From Prorocentrum cordatum (lineage: Eukaryota), in NCBI GenBank assembly GCA_963575745.1, contig CAUYUJ010000136.1, forward strand, positions 1 through 64,000: a stretch of DNA of 64,000 nt, given 5' to 3'. Positions 25,852-39,399 of this stretch are shown piece after piece. The position numbers were made by a program, and so were the translations under genes. Under the pieces are notes generated by a model. It had not been told where the DNA came from, ran no database searches, and saw only the letters and a program-made list of their open reading frames with translations. Within the stretch, counting starts at the first letter, position 1. Every line of letters starts with the position of its first letter.

Positions 25852-27524
25852 GCCCACAACTTGGAAGCACCCCCCGGGGCTGGCAGATCCAGCTACAAGC
25901 TCAATCCGCCGATCTCGAAGCCAACATGGGCGCGCTGGCCGACGCCTTCGCCTCCCTCGAGCTTCAACACGGACAAGCCACACACCAATTGGAAGAAGCC
26001 ACTCAGGAGATGGCGGAGCTGCGCCACGCCTTCGACGCTGTCGAGCTCGAACGCCAGCAAGCCAGAGACCAGTTGGCAGAAATGAGCCAGGAGATGACAG
26101 AGCTGCGCGCTGTCTCTGACGCGGTCGAGCTCGAACGCCAGCAAGCCAGAGACAAGGTGACCCAGGACATGACGGAGCTGCGCGCTGCCTCTGACGCTGT
26201 TGAGCTCGAGCGCCAGCACGCCAGAGACCAGCTGGCAGAAGTGACCCAGGAAATGACGGAGCTGCACAACGTCGTTAATACCTTGACGCTCCATCGCGAT
26301 CAAGCCATTCGCGACCTGGCTGCCGAAAAGGCTGCGCTCGATGAGGCGCGCGCGATGGTACGGCATGAACAGACTTTGGAGCATCTTCGCGAAGACGTTG
26401 CTCGCTTGAATCGCGAGAAGGAGCAATCGGAACAAAAGGTGGAGTTGTTGAACCGCGAGTCCCTGGATCTGCAGGCTTCCCTGGAGAAGGATCGGCAGCA
26501 TAGCCGTGCACTGGAGAAGACGATGCAGGAAAGACGGTCCGAGATCGACCGTTTAAAAGATTTCGCGGATACACGGTGTCAGATGTTGTTGCAGCAAGTT
26601 CACCACATCGGCCAGGTGTATAACCTCAGCAATGTTACGAGGACAGACAAGTCCAGCGAAGACTCGTTACGACAGACAGGCTCGATTCCAGGACTGCTCG
26701 GAGACCGCGGCAAAAGTATAGTGGTTCCGGCTCAGGTGAATCACAGCAAGCTCAAGACCAGTGCTTTGTCCAGGTCCATGTTGCTCAATGTGTTCTGCGA
26801 ATTGCCCCACAGAGGCGAGTACGTTCCTAAAGAAGAGCAGAGGCTAGAGCCTCAAAGTGCAGATTTCAAGTTCTTGGAGTTGTTATTCCAAAGTTCTTGT
26901 GACAGTCACCGCCTCCAATATAACTCTGAAGAGTGGTGTGAACCTCCGATGCTGAAGATTGCGGAGATCAGTACTGTTACGTTGGAACCGAAGCTGCTGC
27001 AGCAGTACAGCACAAATTTGGATCGCATCTGTAATCGCAAGAGGAGGTTTGCTGTTCCTGTGAATTTTGATCGGGCTCTTCGCCCTATCACACAGAAAGA
27101 TGCCAGCGAGTATTTCCTCTTCCACGGGTGCCCCTGGGAAGCGGCGGATCAAATCTGCAAGGACGGGTTCCACTGGAAGTATGCTGGCACGAACACTGGT
27201 GCCATGTTCGGCCAGGGTATCTACTTCGCGGACCGCGCATCGAAATGTGACGGCTACTCCACCAAAGACCCCGACGGAATGAAGCGCATGGTCTTGGCGC
27301 GCGTAGCCCTTGGGAACAGCTTGCCGCGGTGGCGCAAGTGTACAGATTGTAAGACTGTGGGGGAAGATTATGATAGCATCTGTGCTGCCATCAGGGCCGA
27401 CGACGGCAGTGTCGATCATCCCGAGTGCGTGATTTTTCAGCGTGTCCAGGCGTTGCCCTGCTTCAAGATCAAGTACAAGCACTCGGAACAGTGTAAATGT
27501 CACAACTGCCGTAGTGGCCGCTGA
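25852..27524 (+). CDS. WWE-PARP gene last exon: repeat coiled coil plus PARP/ARTD catalytic domain with H-Y-E triad
   Basis: ORF 25926-27524 contains EYFLFHGC (H at 27123), GAMFGQGIYFADRASKCDGY (Y at 27222), MVLARVALG and DHPECVIFQRVQALP (E at 27423). The 5' splice site (ag|G at 25851/2) is inferred. Confidence 0.9.
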
Positions 27525-28883
27525 GGCGGCACTGGAGGGGGGAGGAGGAGGAGGAGGAGGAGGAGGAGGAGGAGGAGGAGGAGGAGGAGGAGGAGGAGGA
27601 GGAGGAGCTTGCGTACGTGCGTGGTGACCGCAACGGCGCAATATCCAGCTGCCTGCGGCAACTCCACGCCACCGTGCCAGCTCCGTTCTCTGGGTGGCGA
27701 CACCTCCGACGGGCGCACGCAGAGGCCGTCATGTGCGACACCCCGTGCCCTGCAGGCGCGGGAGAGCCGTGGACGGGTGATGTGCGACGCGCTCTTCCGC
27801 GTCGCGACGGTGTGCGTCTCCTCGTCTTCGCTGTCGGGCTAGTCATCACGTCGTTCTCTTCTCGTCCTCCATCCTCCTTCTCGTCCTTGCCTTTCGTTTG
27901 GCTCTTACTAGGCCGTGTTCTGTCCGTCTGGCCTGCCTCACGGCCTGGTGGCGGCGTCTTCGCACGGAACGGCCGCCCAGGAGGCAGTAACATGTGAAGC
28001 CTGTCGTGTCTATTCCTTGAAGGATTCATGGAGATTATTGACGCTTCTGGTCCATCTTTGGACACTCTTGGTCTATGCCAGGCCCCTCTAGAGTCATCTT
28101 AGGGGCACTCTTGGGACTGCCCTGGGTCGTCTGGGGCGCTTCTTGGGGCCTGTATTTGATTTTCTTGGCTTCTCTTTCGCTTATGTGAAACCCGACTGAA
28201 GCCAGTTGAGCTGAGAAAGTTGGGAAATCAAACACTGTGAAAGCCCACTGCTTATCCTGATGCCTTTGGGTGAATACGCCCTACCTGGATGCCTCTTGTG
28301 GTCTTTTTGGCACCTCTTCTGGTGTTCTCGGACGCTACTCGGTGCTCTTCAGGGAACATAGCGCGGCCTTTGTGGCCTCGATAGCCTTCTGGCCCGACTT
28401 GGAAGCCCTTGGGATTCGTTGGGCAGCCCATGCCAGGAAGCCTGCGGTGAGGGGGGCGATGCGCAATTCACGCACCTGGATGTGACGAGATGGGGGGGGG
28501 CTTGGATGACTTACGGGAACCTCACAAGAAAGCACTTGGCATTCTGCCGCGCCTCGACGTGCCAGGGGGGCACGGTGGTGGGTAAATGTACGTAGCCAGC
28601 AGATGCCAGCTTGACGTGCCAGCCTCTCGCCGAGAGAAGGCTGCAGGAGGTTCGGTTCGTCTCACTGTGCATCCTCGTAACTCTTACTCTGGAGGGGCTG
28701 CGTGGGCCGAGCGGGGTGGATTATGGAAGCTTCTGCCGAGTGTCCGTGTCCTCTCTATCGCGTTCCAGTCGCGTGCCTGCCGCGTGTCCGTCGCGTGTCG
28801 TGTCCGCCGCGTTCGAGTCGTGTGTTCGCCGCCTGTCTGTCCGTCGCGTGTCTCTCGAGTGTCTCTCGAGCGTCTCTCGATTC

Positions 28884-29146
28884 TAAAGGAGGCTGGGGCA
28901 AAGGCGAGCGATAGTGAGCGTTTGTTCGCGGCCGTTTGTACTCAAGCGGCCGGCCGCCAAGATATGACTGTGCCTCATCGCGAGGCACACCATTTGCCAT
29001 CGAGACCGAAAACATCTTCGCTTGACATGGCTCGTCGCTCCCGCGACTCATTCCTACCCTTGGGACTATCGTTATTACGGAACAAAAGAGTTGGATATGG
29101 ACTTCGCCCTTGGCGAAAGTGCTGGTTGGGCCCCCCACCCCCTTCA
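28884..29146 (+). repeat. 5' LTR
   Basis: Direct repeat of 45488-45752, roughly 85-88% identical by hand count. Ends t(a)aagg...ccttca form a short inverted repeat. Confidence 0.85.
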
Positions 29147-29150
29147 AACT

Positions 29151-29162
29151 TGGTAGCGGAGC
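29151..29162 (+). promoter_or_regulatory. Primer-binding site, probably initiator tRNA-Met
   Basis: tggtagcggagc lies 4 nt after the LTR end; TGGTAGC is complementary to a ...GCUACCA tRNA 3' end. Confidence 0.65.
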
Positions 29163-29440
29163 TGGCCTATGGTGGTCAGCTCCTGCTTTACTCCTCACCA
29201 TCCACGGCACTATCTGGTTGACTACTGACATGGTGGAACATCACGTTGCAGTGGGTTTGCGCGGAGGAATATACATAACTACGCACAACCGCAAGGACAC
29301 TTGCAGTGCTACCTCCGTTCTCGCGGAGGCCTTTTACATGAGTCCCACTTCCCTGCGCTACTACACTCCTGAAGTCAACCGTCCTACTCGAATAAGAAAT
29401 TCTACACGCTTCGCGTATCCCCACCAGCCCGTCCAGAAAT

Positions 29441-31055
29441 GAATCCCAGGGGAGTGGAGGTTATATGAGGGAAGCGGGGGGGGGCATGCAGAATAACAAA
29501 CGGCGGGGTGAACCGCCATATACCCCAGGAGGGGGAGGATGTCGGAGGAGCCGTCGTCGTCGGAGTAGGAGGAGGAGGAAGAGGAGAAGCAGGAGGAGGA
29601 GCAGGAGCAGGAGGGGGAGGAGGAGGAGGAGGAGGAAGATAAGGAGGAGGAGATGGAGGACTGCGAGGACGAGGAGTACGAAACGGAGGAAAAGGAGAAG
29701 GAGAAGGAGAAGGAGGAGGAGGAGGAGGAGGAGGAGGAGGAGGAGGAGGAGGATGGGGATGAGGAGCAGGAGGGAGGAGGAATAACAATAGGAGGAGGAT
29801 GAGGATGAGGAGGAGGGAGGAGGAGGAGGAGAGAGAGGAGGGGGAGAAGGAGGAGGAAGGAGGAGGGAACATAGGAGGAGGAGGAGGAGGGGGAGGAGGG
29901 AGGAGGGAGGAGGAGGAGGAGGAGGAGGACAATGGCGAGCTTGGGGGCCTCTTGGGCCGTTTTTGGGGCCCCTTGGCGGTCCCGGGGGCCTCTTGCGTAT
30001 ATCGGGGAGCCTTTGTGGCCTCTTGGGGGTCTCTTGGGGGCCTCTTGGAGGCCTCGAGGCCTCTTGGGGGCCTCTTGAGGCATCTTGGGGGCCTCTTGGG
30101 GCGCTCTTGGGGCGCTCTTGGGAGCCTTCGGGGCGCTCTTGGGGCCATCTTAGGGGAGATCAATCAAAGAAGGGGGGTCGTATATTAGCGCTGCCCGTCT
30201 AGAGTGCCTCGAATCGCCTCTGAGGCTTCTCTTGAGGCCCAAATTCTTCCAAAACCTATAGAAATCAATGTGTTGTATTTTTTTTTTCGATCTTGGAGCC
30301 GTCTTGGGCCATCTTGGGAGCCTTTTGGGGCCTCTTGGGGTCTCTTGGGGGCCTCTTGGAGGCCTCTTGGGGCCTTCTTGGGGCCTCTTGGGGCCCTCTT
30401 GGGGCGCTCTTGGGGCGCTTTTGGGACGCTCTTGGGAGCCTTCGGGGCGCTCTTGGGGCCATTTTGGAGGAGATCTATCAAAGAAGGGGGATCGTCTATT
30501 AGCGCTGCCCCCCTAGAGTGCCTCGAATCGCCTCTTGGGCCCTTCTTGAAGCCAAAATCCTTCCAAAAGCTAAGGGAAATCAATGTTTTGTGCTTTTTCG
30601 CTTTTTCGCTCTTGGAGCCGTCTTGGGCCATCTTGGGAGCCTCTTGGGGCCTCTTGGGGGTCTCTTGGGAGCTTCTTGAAGGCCTCTTGGGGGCCTCCTG
30701 GGGCCTCTTGGGGCGCTTTTGGGGCGCTCTTGGGGCCATGTTGGAGGAGATCTATCAAAGACGGGGGGTCGTATATTAGCCTTGCCCCTCTAGAGTGCCT
30801 CGAATCGCCTTTTGGGCCCCCCCAGAGGCCAAAATCCTTCCAAAACCTAAGGGAAATCAAGGTTTTGTGCTTTTTCGCTTTTTCGCTCTTGGAGCCGTCT
30901 TGGGCCATCTTGGATGTCCCAACGACCCGCGGAACCCCTCGTCCAGGTCGGTGGGGAGGGGTAAGGGGAGGGGTAAACCCCTCCCCGAAGGGAAAGAATG
31001 GGGTTGGCAGAGGAAACGCTCTAGACCACCTACGCCCTAAAGGGCTGGTGAGATT
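29441..31055 (+). mobile_element. Nested insertion in the copia leader: (GAG)n tract, three ~280-310-bp CTTGG-rich units, hairpin+GATT right end
   Basis: ggagatc.atcaaaga.ggggg.tcgt.tattagc at ~30155, ~30469 and ~30746. Ends ctagaccacctacgccctaaagggctggtgagatt. Confidence 0.65.
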
Positions 31056-31240
31056 TTTTCTACGATACCATGCGTGGTAACATGCGGTGCCACATTGTGC
31101 CGCCTCCAGCCCCACGCAGGCTAACGACAACACACCACAAGCCCCAGCCATGAATGTCCGACCACGACCTAAGGGGCCACTGTATTGGTGTTGCCATCTT
31201 TGGCCTCCAGTGGGTCGCTATCGGGTGCGCTGTGGGACGC

Positions 31241-32620
31241 ATGCAGCGTGCTGGAGGCGACGCGCGAACAACGGCCCCCCACTGGGACCCTGCTGGTCAT
31301 GTACCTTTCCGCGAATTCGTTCGGGAGGCACACGCCTGGATCAACGTGGCCACAGACGCCATAACCCCCTCCCAACAGGCTGCGGCACTACAGCGCGGTC
31401 TGGGAGGGCTCGCACGGACCATGGCCATGAGAGTACCCCCGCAGTCATGAGCTTTGGCGTTAATATTGGTGGCCGTCACACCGATGGAGACACTTACGTG
31501 ATTTTCCTACGCAGCACGCAGTTTGAACATCTAGAGGAGGAACGCCAAGTGAACTCGGGAACGGCTCTCGTCGACTTTCGAGTCCATGCGGGAGAACGGA
31601 TCGACCAGACGCTAGCGCGCTTCGATATAGCCCGCTACGAGGCTGATACCGCAGGCTTCAATATCCCTAACTTCCAAATCCGAGCAGTCATCCTGTTCAG
31701 GGCTCTGGGAGTGGGGACGTCGCGTGCGCAACAACTATTACTGCCACTCAACCACCAAATGCCGAAGACCCAGCAGCAATTTGATTCCTTAATTGAACGC
31801 GTGAGGTCATGTGCTGACATGGCCGAGCGAACCCGTGGCAACATTGGTGGCATAGTTAGACATGGTCACCGTGCCGAAACCTCTCGTACTGAGACCAATG
31901 CAGGGCAATCTGCTACGAGCATCTGGAACGATGATCCACGACCAACCGAGGCCACCACCTTATTCGCCCAACATGGTGGCCAGCCTACGGGGTCGCAGGG
32001 CTCCTGGGCTCGATATCAGGGACCGTCGGCGACGGCGGCCCCTGCTCATGCCACTACCCTTGTCCATTCAGCGAGGCAGCCCGCCTCGTCTGACTTCGAC
32101 TCTGACACCGGCGCCGACGCGTCATCAGATGACGAAGCTGCTGCCCTAGATTATCCCGACATGCCAATGTATCCCACAGAAGAACAACAGGCGCAATGGC
32201 TATTTCGAGGATGCCAGAAACACACTAGCCGTGTGAGATGTTTTATGAAGAAACCAGTTCGTAAGGTACGACGTACCATCCGACGGGCGCTCAGAGTGAA
32301 GGGTAAAGGGCCGAGGCGAGGGTAAAGGCAGACGACGGTGACTACATGACAGAGGTATGTTGGCATTCCTGGTATCCTTCGCTGGGCCGCGACGCGAAGA
32401 ACCATTTCAAGGGGCAGGTGGAGGCCGTGGGCGCTCCTCAGGAAAGGGCAATGGACGTCGGGATAATCCGAAGGATGCCAAAGGCAAGACCATGGAATGT
32501 GATAGCTGCCATGGCACGCAACATTTCCGTCGTGAGTGCCCGCGAGGCGATGGGGGAGGCAAGGGTCCGTCGATGAATTTGGCTCAAACCGATTCGGACA
32601 TGCAGTATGTCGGTTGGGGG
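31241..32620 (+). pseudogene. Copia gag remnant with CCHC zinc knuckle
   Basis: PHWDPAGHVPFREFVREAHAW..QQAAALQRGLGGLAR; DFRVHAGERIDQTLARFD; CDSCHGTQHFRREC (C-x2-C-x4-H-x4-C, 32498-32538). Frameshifted. Confidence 0.8.
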
Positions 32621-35600
32621 GCGCCAGGAGACGAATCCGTAGACGCCCCCGCTGCCGCTGTCCATTTCATGGCCGCCATGTATCTAAGTGCCAGTGTGTC
32701 CCTCGAGAGATGCGCCGACGAGCTCTTCGAGGAAATCTACGTTGGCCACGGCGAGATCAACCTGGTGGACTGGTTGGGATTTTTTCTATCGCGGGGCAAC
32801 CTGCGCAGATCGAGTTCGCCGAGGATTTCCACGTGCCCGCCGATTTAGACCGCGACGTGGCGGGGGCGCCCGCGGATTCTGAGGCTGCAATTCCAGCGAC
32901 AGAGGAGGGGGTGCAATTGATGCTGCATCCGCAGGTCATTGGTAATGCGATATACAGAATCATACGACGACGACCCTCTGCGGGGAAACCCGCGACATTC
33001 TGGTGACCTTTCCGAATGCATCCAATATGAACTCGGGCGTAATGAAGACCGCCGCTTCACGCTCGTGATGCATGGCCGGTTTGCGAGCCGCCCAGTTTGG
33101 GGACGGGTCATTCGTAATGATGACGGCGACGACGAATGGGAAGCTGAGAGTCATCGCCCGCGGCGTCGCGGTCGGAGAGACTCGCGCGGGCGCTCGCGCG
33201 CTTGCTCTAGCGGCGCGCGGCGCCCGCGCCTTCCCGACGCAGGGGCCCCAGGGGCGCCACCGAGAAGGGGGCGCTCGCGGGGGGGCCCGCCGCAGATCGA
33301 GGATCAGCCAGAGGGGCCCGAAGTGCAAGGCGCGCAGCGCCTCGCCAGCTACGAAGATCATGGGCTGGCTCGTCAACGTGTCAATGTGTTCCACCAGGAA
33401 CCATGCAGCACTGGCTCGACCAAGGCTGGGCCGAGCATGACGTTCGCCACTGGTACTCACTTCGCAATGTTACGCCGGGTGATGATGGCAAGATTGTCTG
33501 TGCCAACAGAGGCAAGGGTACCGAGACGGCCCCCGCGCTTGAAAAAAAGGGACTTAAAGAGGGCCATCATACGGGCCCAGAAGACTACCGGTGCCTTTTC
33601 TGCCCTTGTGGGCGTTTAGCCGACGGAAGACCCGCGTGTCCAATGGGGCGACGTCATGGAGCCCTCATTTTGAGAAACCGCCGTGGAGGGTTTGGGTCGC
33701 GTGGTGGATCCGACCAACCATCCCCTTGAATAATGCTTGACCAAGGCTGATTGCCAGCTGATCACCGAGGGCGAGGCAAAACTGGGCGAGCGAAGGTGGC
33801 AGGACCTCGATGGCAATCACCGCCTCGAGAGATACAATCGAGAATATCATGTTCAGTCGGCTGAGACACCGCGTGTGGGGCAGCCCGCTTCTTCTTTTCA
33901 TGAAGGTGCTTGCCCTCGGGCGGCCGCTGCAGGGGCTGATGGCGCTGGCCTTGCTGAAGCAGTTGATCTTGCTGTCGCTGCTCCTCAGGGCGCAGATCCA
34001 GAAGGCGCATGCGAAGCTGAAAGCAGCGATGAAACTGATATAGGAATAGACACCTCCCTGAAGATAACAGCGGACTTGAATCTCGCCCCAGGTGCGACAG
34101 TCGCATGCAATTGCAGAAGCGTGGGTTGGATATCTACCATCGCGCGCAGGAGAGTGAACGCCGAGAATGCGATCTGGATTGCAAGGGCGGGGGCAAGATC
34201 AAGCACGTGGCAATGTGCCAACCGAGACGCCCGATTCCACGAGACGAGCCAGCAGCCCGCGATGCGGGGGGACCTGCGGCATCATGAGGCGTGGGGGCAC
34301 CCGCAGATGAACCGCCTCAGGGCCCGAGGCCCCCGAAGAAGAGGTCGGGGAAGGACGTCGATCTATCTGTCCCCAATTCCGAGTGCGCCGAGGTCACCCG
34401 CAGTCATTCAACCGCCCGCCAAACGCAAGAAAAGGACCGGTTCAGCTCGCGCCGGCCCTGGACGCAACAAGTCGCGCAGATCTGCGGGGGAAGCCGCCTG
34501 CGGACGGCGCAGCAGGGGGCCGGCAGTGGCCGCGGCAGCAGCAGCGGCGATCCAATGCGACAGTGCGCCTGCGCCGATGGGCCCTGTAATCTTGCGCGGC
34601 CCGACTCCTGGGGGGGTCCACGGGGGAACAGACTGGGCGCCGTCGTTGGATGGTTCATCCAGGGGGGCCTCTTCGAAGCGCGATGCGGGTGATAAGGTGC
34701 TGCAGACAATCTCGACGTCGCCGGGGCCCGCCCCCGCAATCGCCGCGACATTCGCGAGACAGGGAAGGCATCTGGGGGCGCTAGCTCATCTGCGGCTCCC
34801 GCCGCGACAGCCTGCGAGGGCACCTGCTGAACCTGCCGCTGCTCCTGCGGATCACCCCGCCGCTACATTTGAGCTGGCCGAAGGAAGCAGGCGATTCTGG
34901 GAGACCCTGGGAACCGCTAGCCAGATGAAGCTCAACCCAGCTTACAGGCCCTTTGCCTCTGGCGGGCCTGGCCGCTACAGGGTGGTGCCATGCAGCGTAG
35001 GGCGTGCCGCTACAGGCGCTGATGAAGATGCTCTTGCACGTCAGCGTGTCCGCGACGTTTCGCTCAGCTACGAGTCCGAGGGGGCGTGCTTGGTGCAGGT
35101 GCTGCGCGAGGAGAATCTCCGCGCGAAGCTCCCGAGCGAATCCGATGAGCGTTGATGCTCGGAATGGTTCGCCGCGGCCTCGCTGCGCAAGCCCTTTTAT
35201 CGCGACGAGCTCTCCGGCCAGTTCATCAGCTGTGTCACTTCGTATGGCGAGTTTGACGGTAGTGTGGGCCGTGGAGGCCCATGGGCAAATTGGCAGCCAG
35301 GAGGAAAGGAACATTGGCGCAGCCTCCACCTCGGCGCCATTAAGAGGTGCCTTCGAGGCCGGCATTGGGCCCGCCCGCTGGCGGTGCCCAGCCTCTGCGG
35401 CGTGGTCGACGACTCAGGCGTGCAGAATGACAGGCTCCAGGTGGAGAAACTTAGGTTCTGCGGGGGGCCCCGCCCAAATTACTGATTGCGTCCCAGCGGT
35501 GGGCGCAGCGGCCCAGGCACCAGATGCCTGGAGTCCTTGTGCTCGCGGGTGGCGGGCTTGACCGGGCCGGGGGCGCCCTGCTACTTCGCTCGCGGTACGC

Positions 35601-38139
35601 AATGGGTGAGTGTCCCGAATGTACTACGCGTTGGTCTGTCTTGCCGCAGTGAGGACAATGCCAAATGGAAAGGCAGGCCGATGATTCACGGATGCCCATG
35701 CTTATTTGGAGATGGGCGGATCCAATCAGGCCTGCAAATCGAATGCGAAGTTTTGGCTATTGTGAGCCGAGATTTTTTCTTCGTGGCAACGTTCCGACCT
35801 GGCGGTCTGCCAACGACGTCATCATGATGTCAGGTAACAACTGCAGCATTCCGCCAAGCCACATTGTTCATCTTATTGGCATCAAGCCTAACAGTGTCCA
35901 GTCTATATGATCGAATTTGACAGGTGTGGGTCAACGAATTGTACATTGAAGACAACCAGCGGGGCAACCTGCATGCGCCCACTCCTGTGCCAAAGGAATA
36001 CTATGAGTATCCATGCGATGCATCAACACTGAAGGGATGGATTGTGCCCGGGACTCCCTACAACCTCAGGGCCCCTTTCTCGACACTTGCGTCGGACGTG
36101 GAACGTGCCTCTGTCTTCACGGTGCAAGAGGCATATCAAGCAGGGGCACCTGCGGGGGGCTCGGATCTGTCATGGATCCAAACTCAGAGTGCTGATCTAT
36201 CTGGCATGACATCCAGCGGAGTCACACTTAACGACGGACTGTGCGCGAACGACCCGTGGCGCACCCAGGCGCAGCAGTTGCTGGTGCCTGCAGGGCCACC
36301 TGCCACACTCGCACCTATGAGCAGGGCCACGACCCCATTCGGCACTCCACAGAGTGCTGGGAGTACTAACAGTCTGCAGGCTAGGCTCCGCAGTATCAGA
36401 ACGAATCTTCAGCTCTGCCAAGCCATGCAAGCTGCATCGCCGCGTGCATCCCCGCGTGCTTCTGCAGGGCAACCTGCCACTACAGACCAGGAGTCTGCCC
36501 GGGGCCTCTTGGGGCAACAGCAGTGGAGCATAGGCAGATGCGTGAGGCTTTGCAGAACGCGCGGCGGGGCGGCATCGACCTCCCGGGCGCGAACTGGACA
36601 CCCCCTTGGGAATGCGTCCCAGATGCGAATCCATCACCTGGCCACCCTAATCGATATGGATACGTCCCAGCATTCTTTCGTCACCCGACGTACGACCCAA
36701 CGGCTGCTGAAAGGCCAGCGGTTCCACCCGCGCATGCCCCCATGTTCCCTGACAGTTACGCTCGGGAGACTGACGTCCCACGGGTTGGCGTTCAGCCCAG
36801 GAGCCCGTGCATTCGGGCAACTGTTGATGACTTTTATCGGTCGCAGTTGACGCGCGGCGCTGGGTGCGAACCCGGCGTGCCAGGCCAGGTGCCCCACCGC
36901 GGGTACCTGCTGGCTCCCATGGGCCAGGAGTTTACGCATCGCGGCCCCGAGCTAGTGGCGCCCGCGTCCGTGGGGGAGCTGCGCCCCGAGATCTTGGCCA
37001 TCCACGAGGCGCAGCTGGCCAATCTCTCAATGCAACTGGCTCGCTAGCGCCGCAACCAGCAGCGACAGCTACGCCGCGTGATGAATCGTGCCGGGGTAAC
37101 CTGCTATGGGCTTATCAGTCGCGGTTGCTGTGGGATAAATGCCTGTGGAGCAGCAAATGGCACCTGCAGCCCCGCCGAGTCGGTGTGAGATGGGAGAGTC
37201 CAGATTTGAGCGACAGACTCGTATCAGGCCATCGGCAACGCCACCAGTCATCAATGATGGTGATTTTACCAAACGTGCCATATGCGTGGAAGAATTTGCA
37301 TGCCACGACACGGGGTGGAGGCCACAGTGTGGTCGTATATTTCATACGCAGTGCTGGGATCGCGTGGCGGAGGCCTCATCGCAGCTGGGTTGCAGCGAAC
37401 CGACGCGAATAAATACTCCGCGGGGCAAATCAACTCAGAGATCTCCGTGAAGAGCTGAAGCGCATCACGGCGATGATGACAGTCACTACAGTTGCTGCTG
37501 GGGCGCCAGCCACATCTGCGTGGCCTCCTGCTTCGTCTTCTCATGCTGGGCAGAATCCAGCAGCTACTATGCCCCCCCACTGATGTGCCAATACTTTTGG
37601 TAGCCGAGTCAGCAGATGCTGCAAGGGCACCTGCCGAAACGACTCCAGCAGGGCTGCCCACTTATGAGGCGTGGCTGAGCGTATAGAGAGGTCCACTGAA
37701 AGGGGCATGCACTGGCTTCGCGCACCCTACGGCAGTATGCCCTGCGGCCGCCCGCTAGGCACTCGCAGAACCGAGAGCCCAGCGAGTGCGCGCAGCGGTG
37801 CCAGTGCCATATCTGAGCGTGCCATGCTGCGCTCGGTGCTCATGGTCAATGCGGATGGACAGACTGCAGTGCGCGCCAGCGAAGATGCCTTTGAGGACGC
37901 GCCGCTTTCTCCACGACATCGCCACGTGTATGACGGGCGCCGGTCTGCCTGGACCTTCCAGGAGCATCCCACGACGGAAGAGGAGGCCAGGGGGTGCGAG
38001 AACGTCTTTACGTCTCTGACGAGGGATCAGTGGGTGTTGGGACAAAGGTGCCGCGATGGCCTGTGCGGCGCAACGCTGGCCGATGCGCATATGCGGAGGG
38101 CGACATGAGCTAGCCCTGGCAGCGAACAGTGGGGCCATG

Positions 38140-38630
38140 GTAGATGGTATGCTGACTATCCTGTTGGACATCTGCAGCAACATCAACATCATTGGTCTCG
38201 AAACCGCACAGACATCCGAACGAGTTTCACGCTCCCACGGACATGGCATCAAGAAGCTGAACCTGGCGAAGAGGCTGTGCGGGTGTGCGGGTCTGGTGTG
38301 GAGCATGGAGCTGCCATCTGTGACAAGTCAATGCGTTGCAAGATTGCATGCGAAGAGAGGGGCGACTCCGCGTGGAAACCCGCTATTGACATGTTGGATA
38401 CCTGTTCAGCCAATGTGGCGGAGGGATCTGGCGACAAATTCCTTGCAATCCTGGGTTTAAGGAGCTTGTCGAACATGCGCGCAATCCTGATCCTTGAACA
38501 GGGACACAAGAAGATCATCATCCCAGTTACAGACATATACAGGCTCCGCCTTGGTAGAGGTGCCAGGGTGCTGGACTTGATGAAGACACCGTCAGGACAC
38601 CTGGCGATCAAGGTCGACGAGTATGGGGTC
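38140..38630 (+). pseudogene. Retroviral-type aspartic protease remnant
   Basis: ILLDICSNINIIG (degenerate D-x-G site), followed in another frame by FLAILGLRSLSNMRAIL and KTPSGHLAI. Confidence 0.65.
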
Positions 38631-39399
38631 GCAACAGAGGCCAATGGCTCAACAGCGTTTACTTTCACAGCCAATCCTCAATGCGAGGAGACACCCATGC
38701 TCGTCAAGGAGGTCGCTGATGCAGAGCCGATAGCAGCACGGCCTGCATAGCAATGCGGGGGCACCCGCCACTAGAGACGCCCATGCATGCATGGTGTCCC
38801 AGGACACCAGGGGCATCAGTTCCTCCATCAATGAGGATACGTCTTCGTGCGCGATCCAGTCTCTGGTGAACGACGCCCTCAGGACCTGGTATCGCAGGAA
38901 TACGACGTATGGGAATACCCCTGCGCCTGCCGATCAGGACTTCGCACTGCGCAACTTGCAGGCGAAGGTCTACCGGCCTATCTATGAAGAGGGAAGCAAA
39001 TTAGCGCCGCCCGACAACGCTGCGGGGGTACCTGGTGTTGAGCGACGCTGCAGAGAAGTGTGACATCTTTACTTCGAGCAGTGGGCCAGCGGCCCATGGC
39101 ACGGGCGTTTGGAGGCCCCCATCGCCTGAAAATGAGTGGCGGGGGCAGGCGCGCGCCGCGGCCACTCGCGCTTGCCCGGACAGGCCGAACACTGAGGCGC
39201 TGTCTTCAGGCGCGGGGGCACTTGCGTGCCTTTCCCAGGCGCCGTCTGTGCGCGCCAGGGGCAGCGGCGGACGAGGCTGTGTGGATGCCGCAGGAAAAGA
39301 AAGCTGAGCGCATCATTCCCACGATCGTGCCCTTGTTATCGAAGATATGCGAGCAACTTGCGCTGAACTCCGAGCCTGAGGATTCATGTGTGATCGAAC

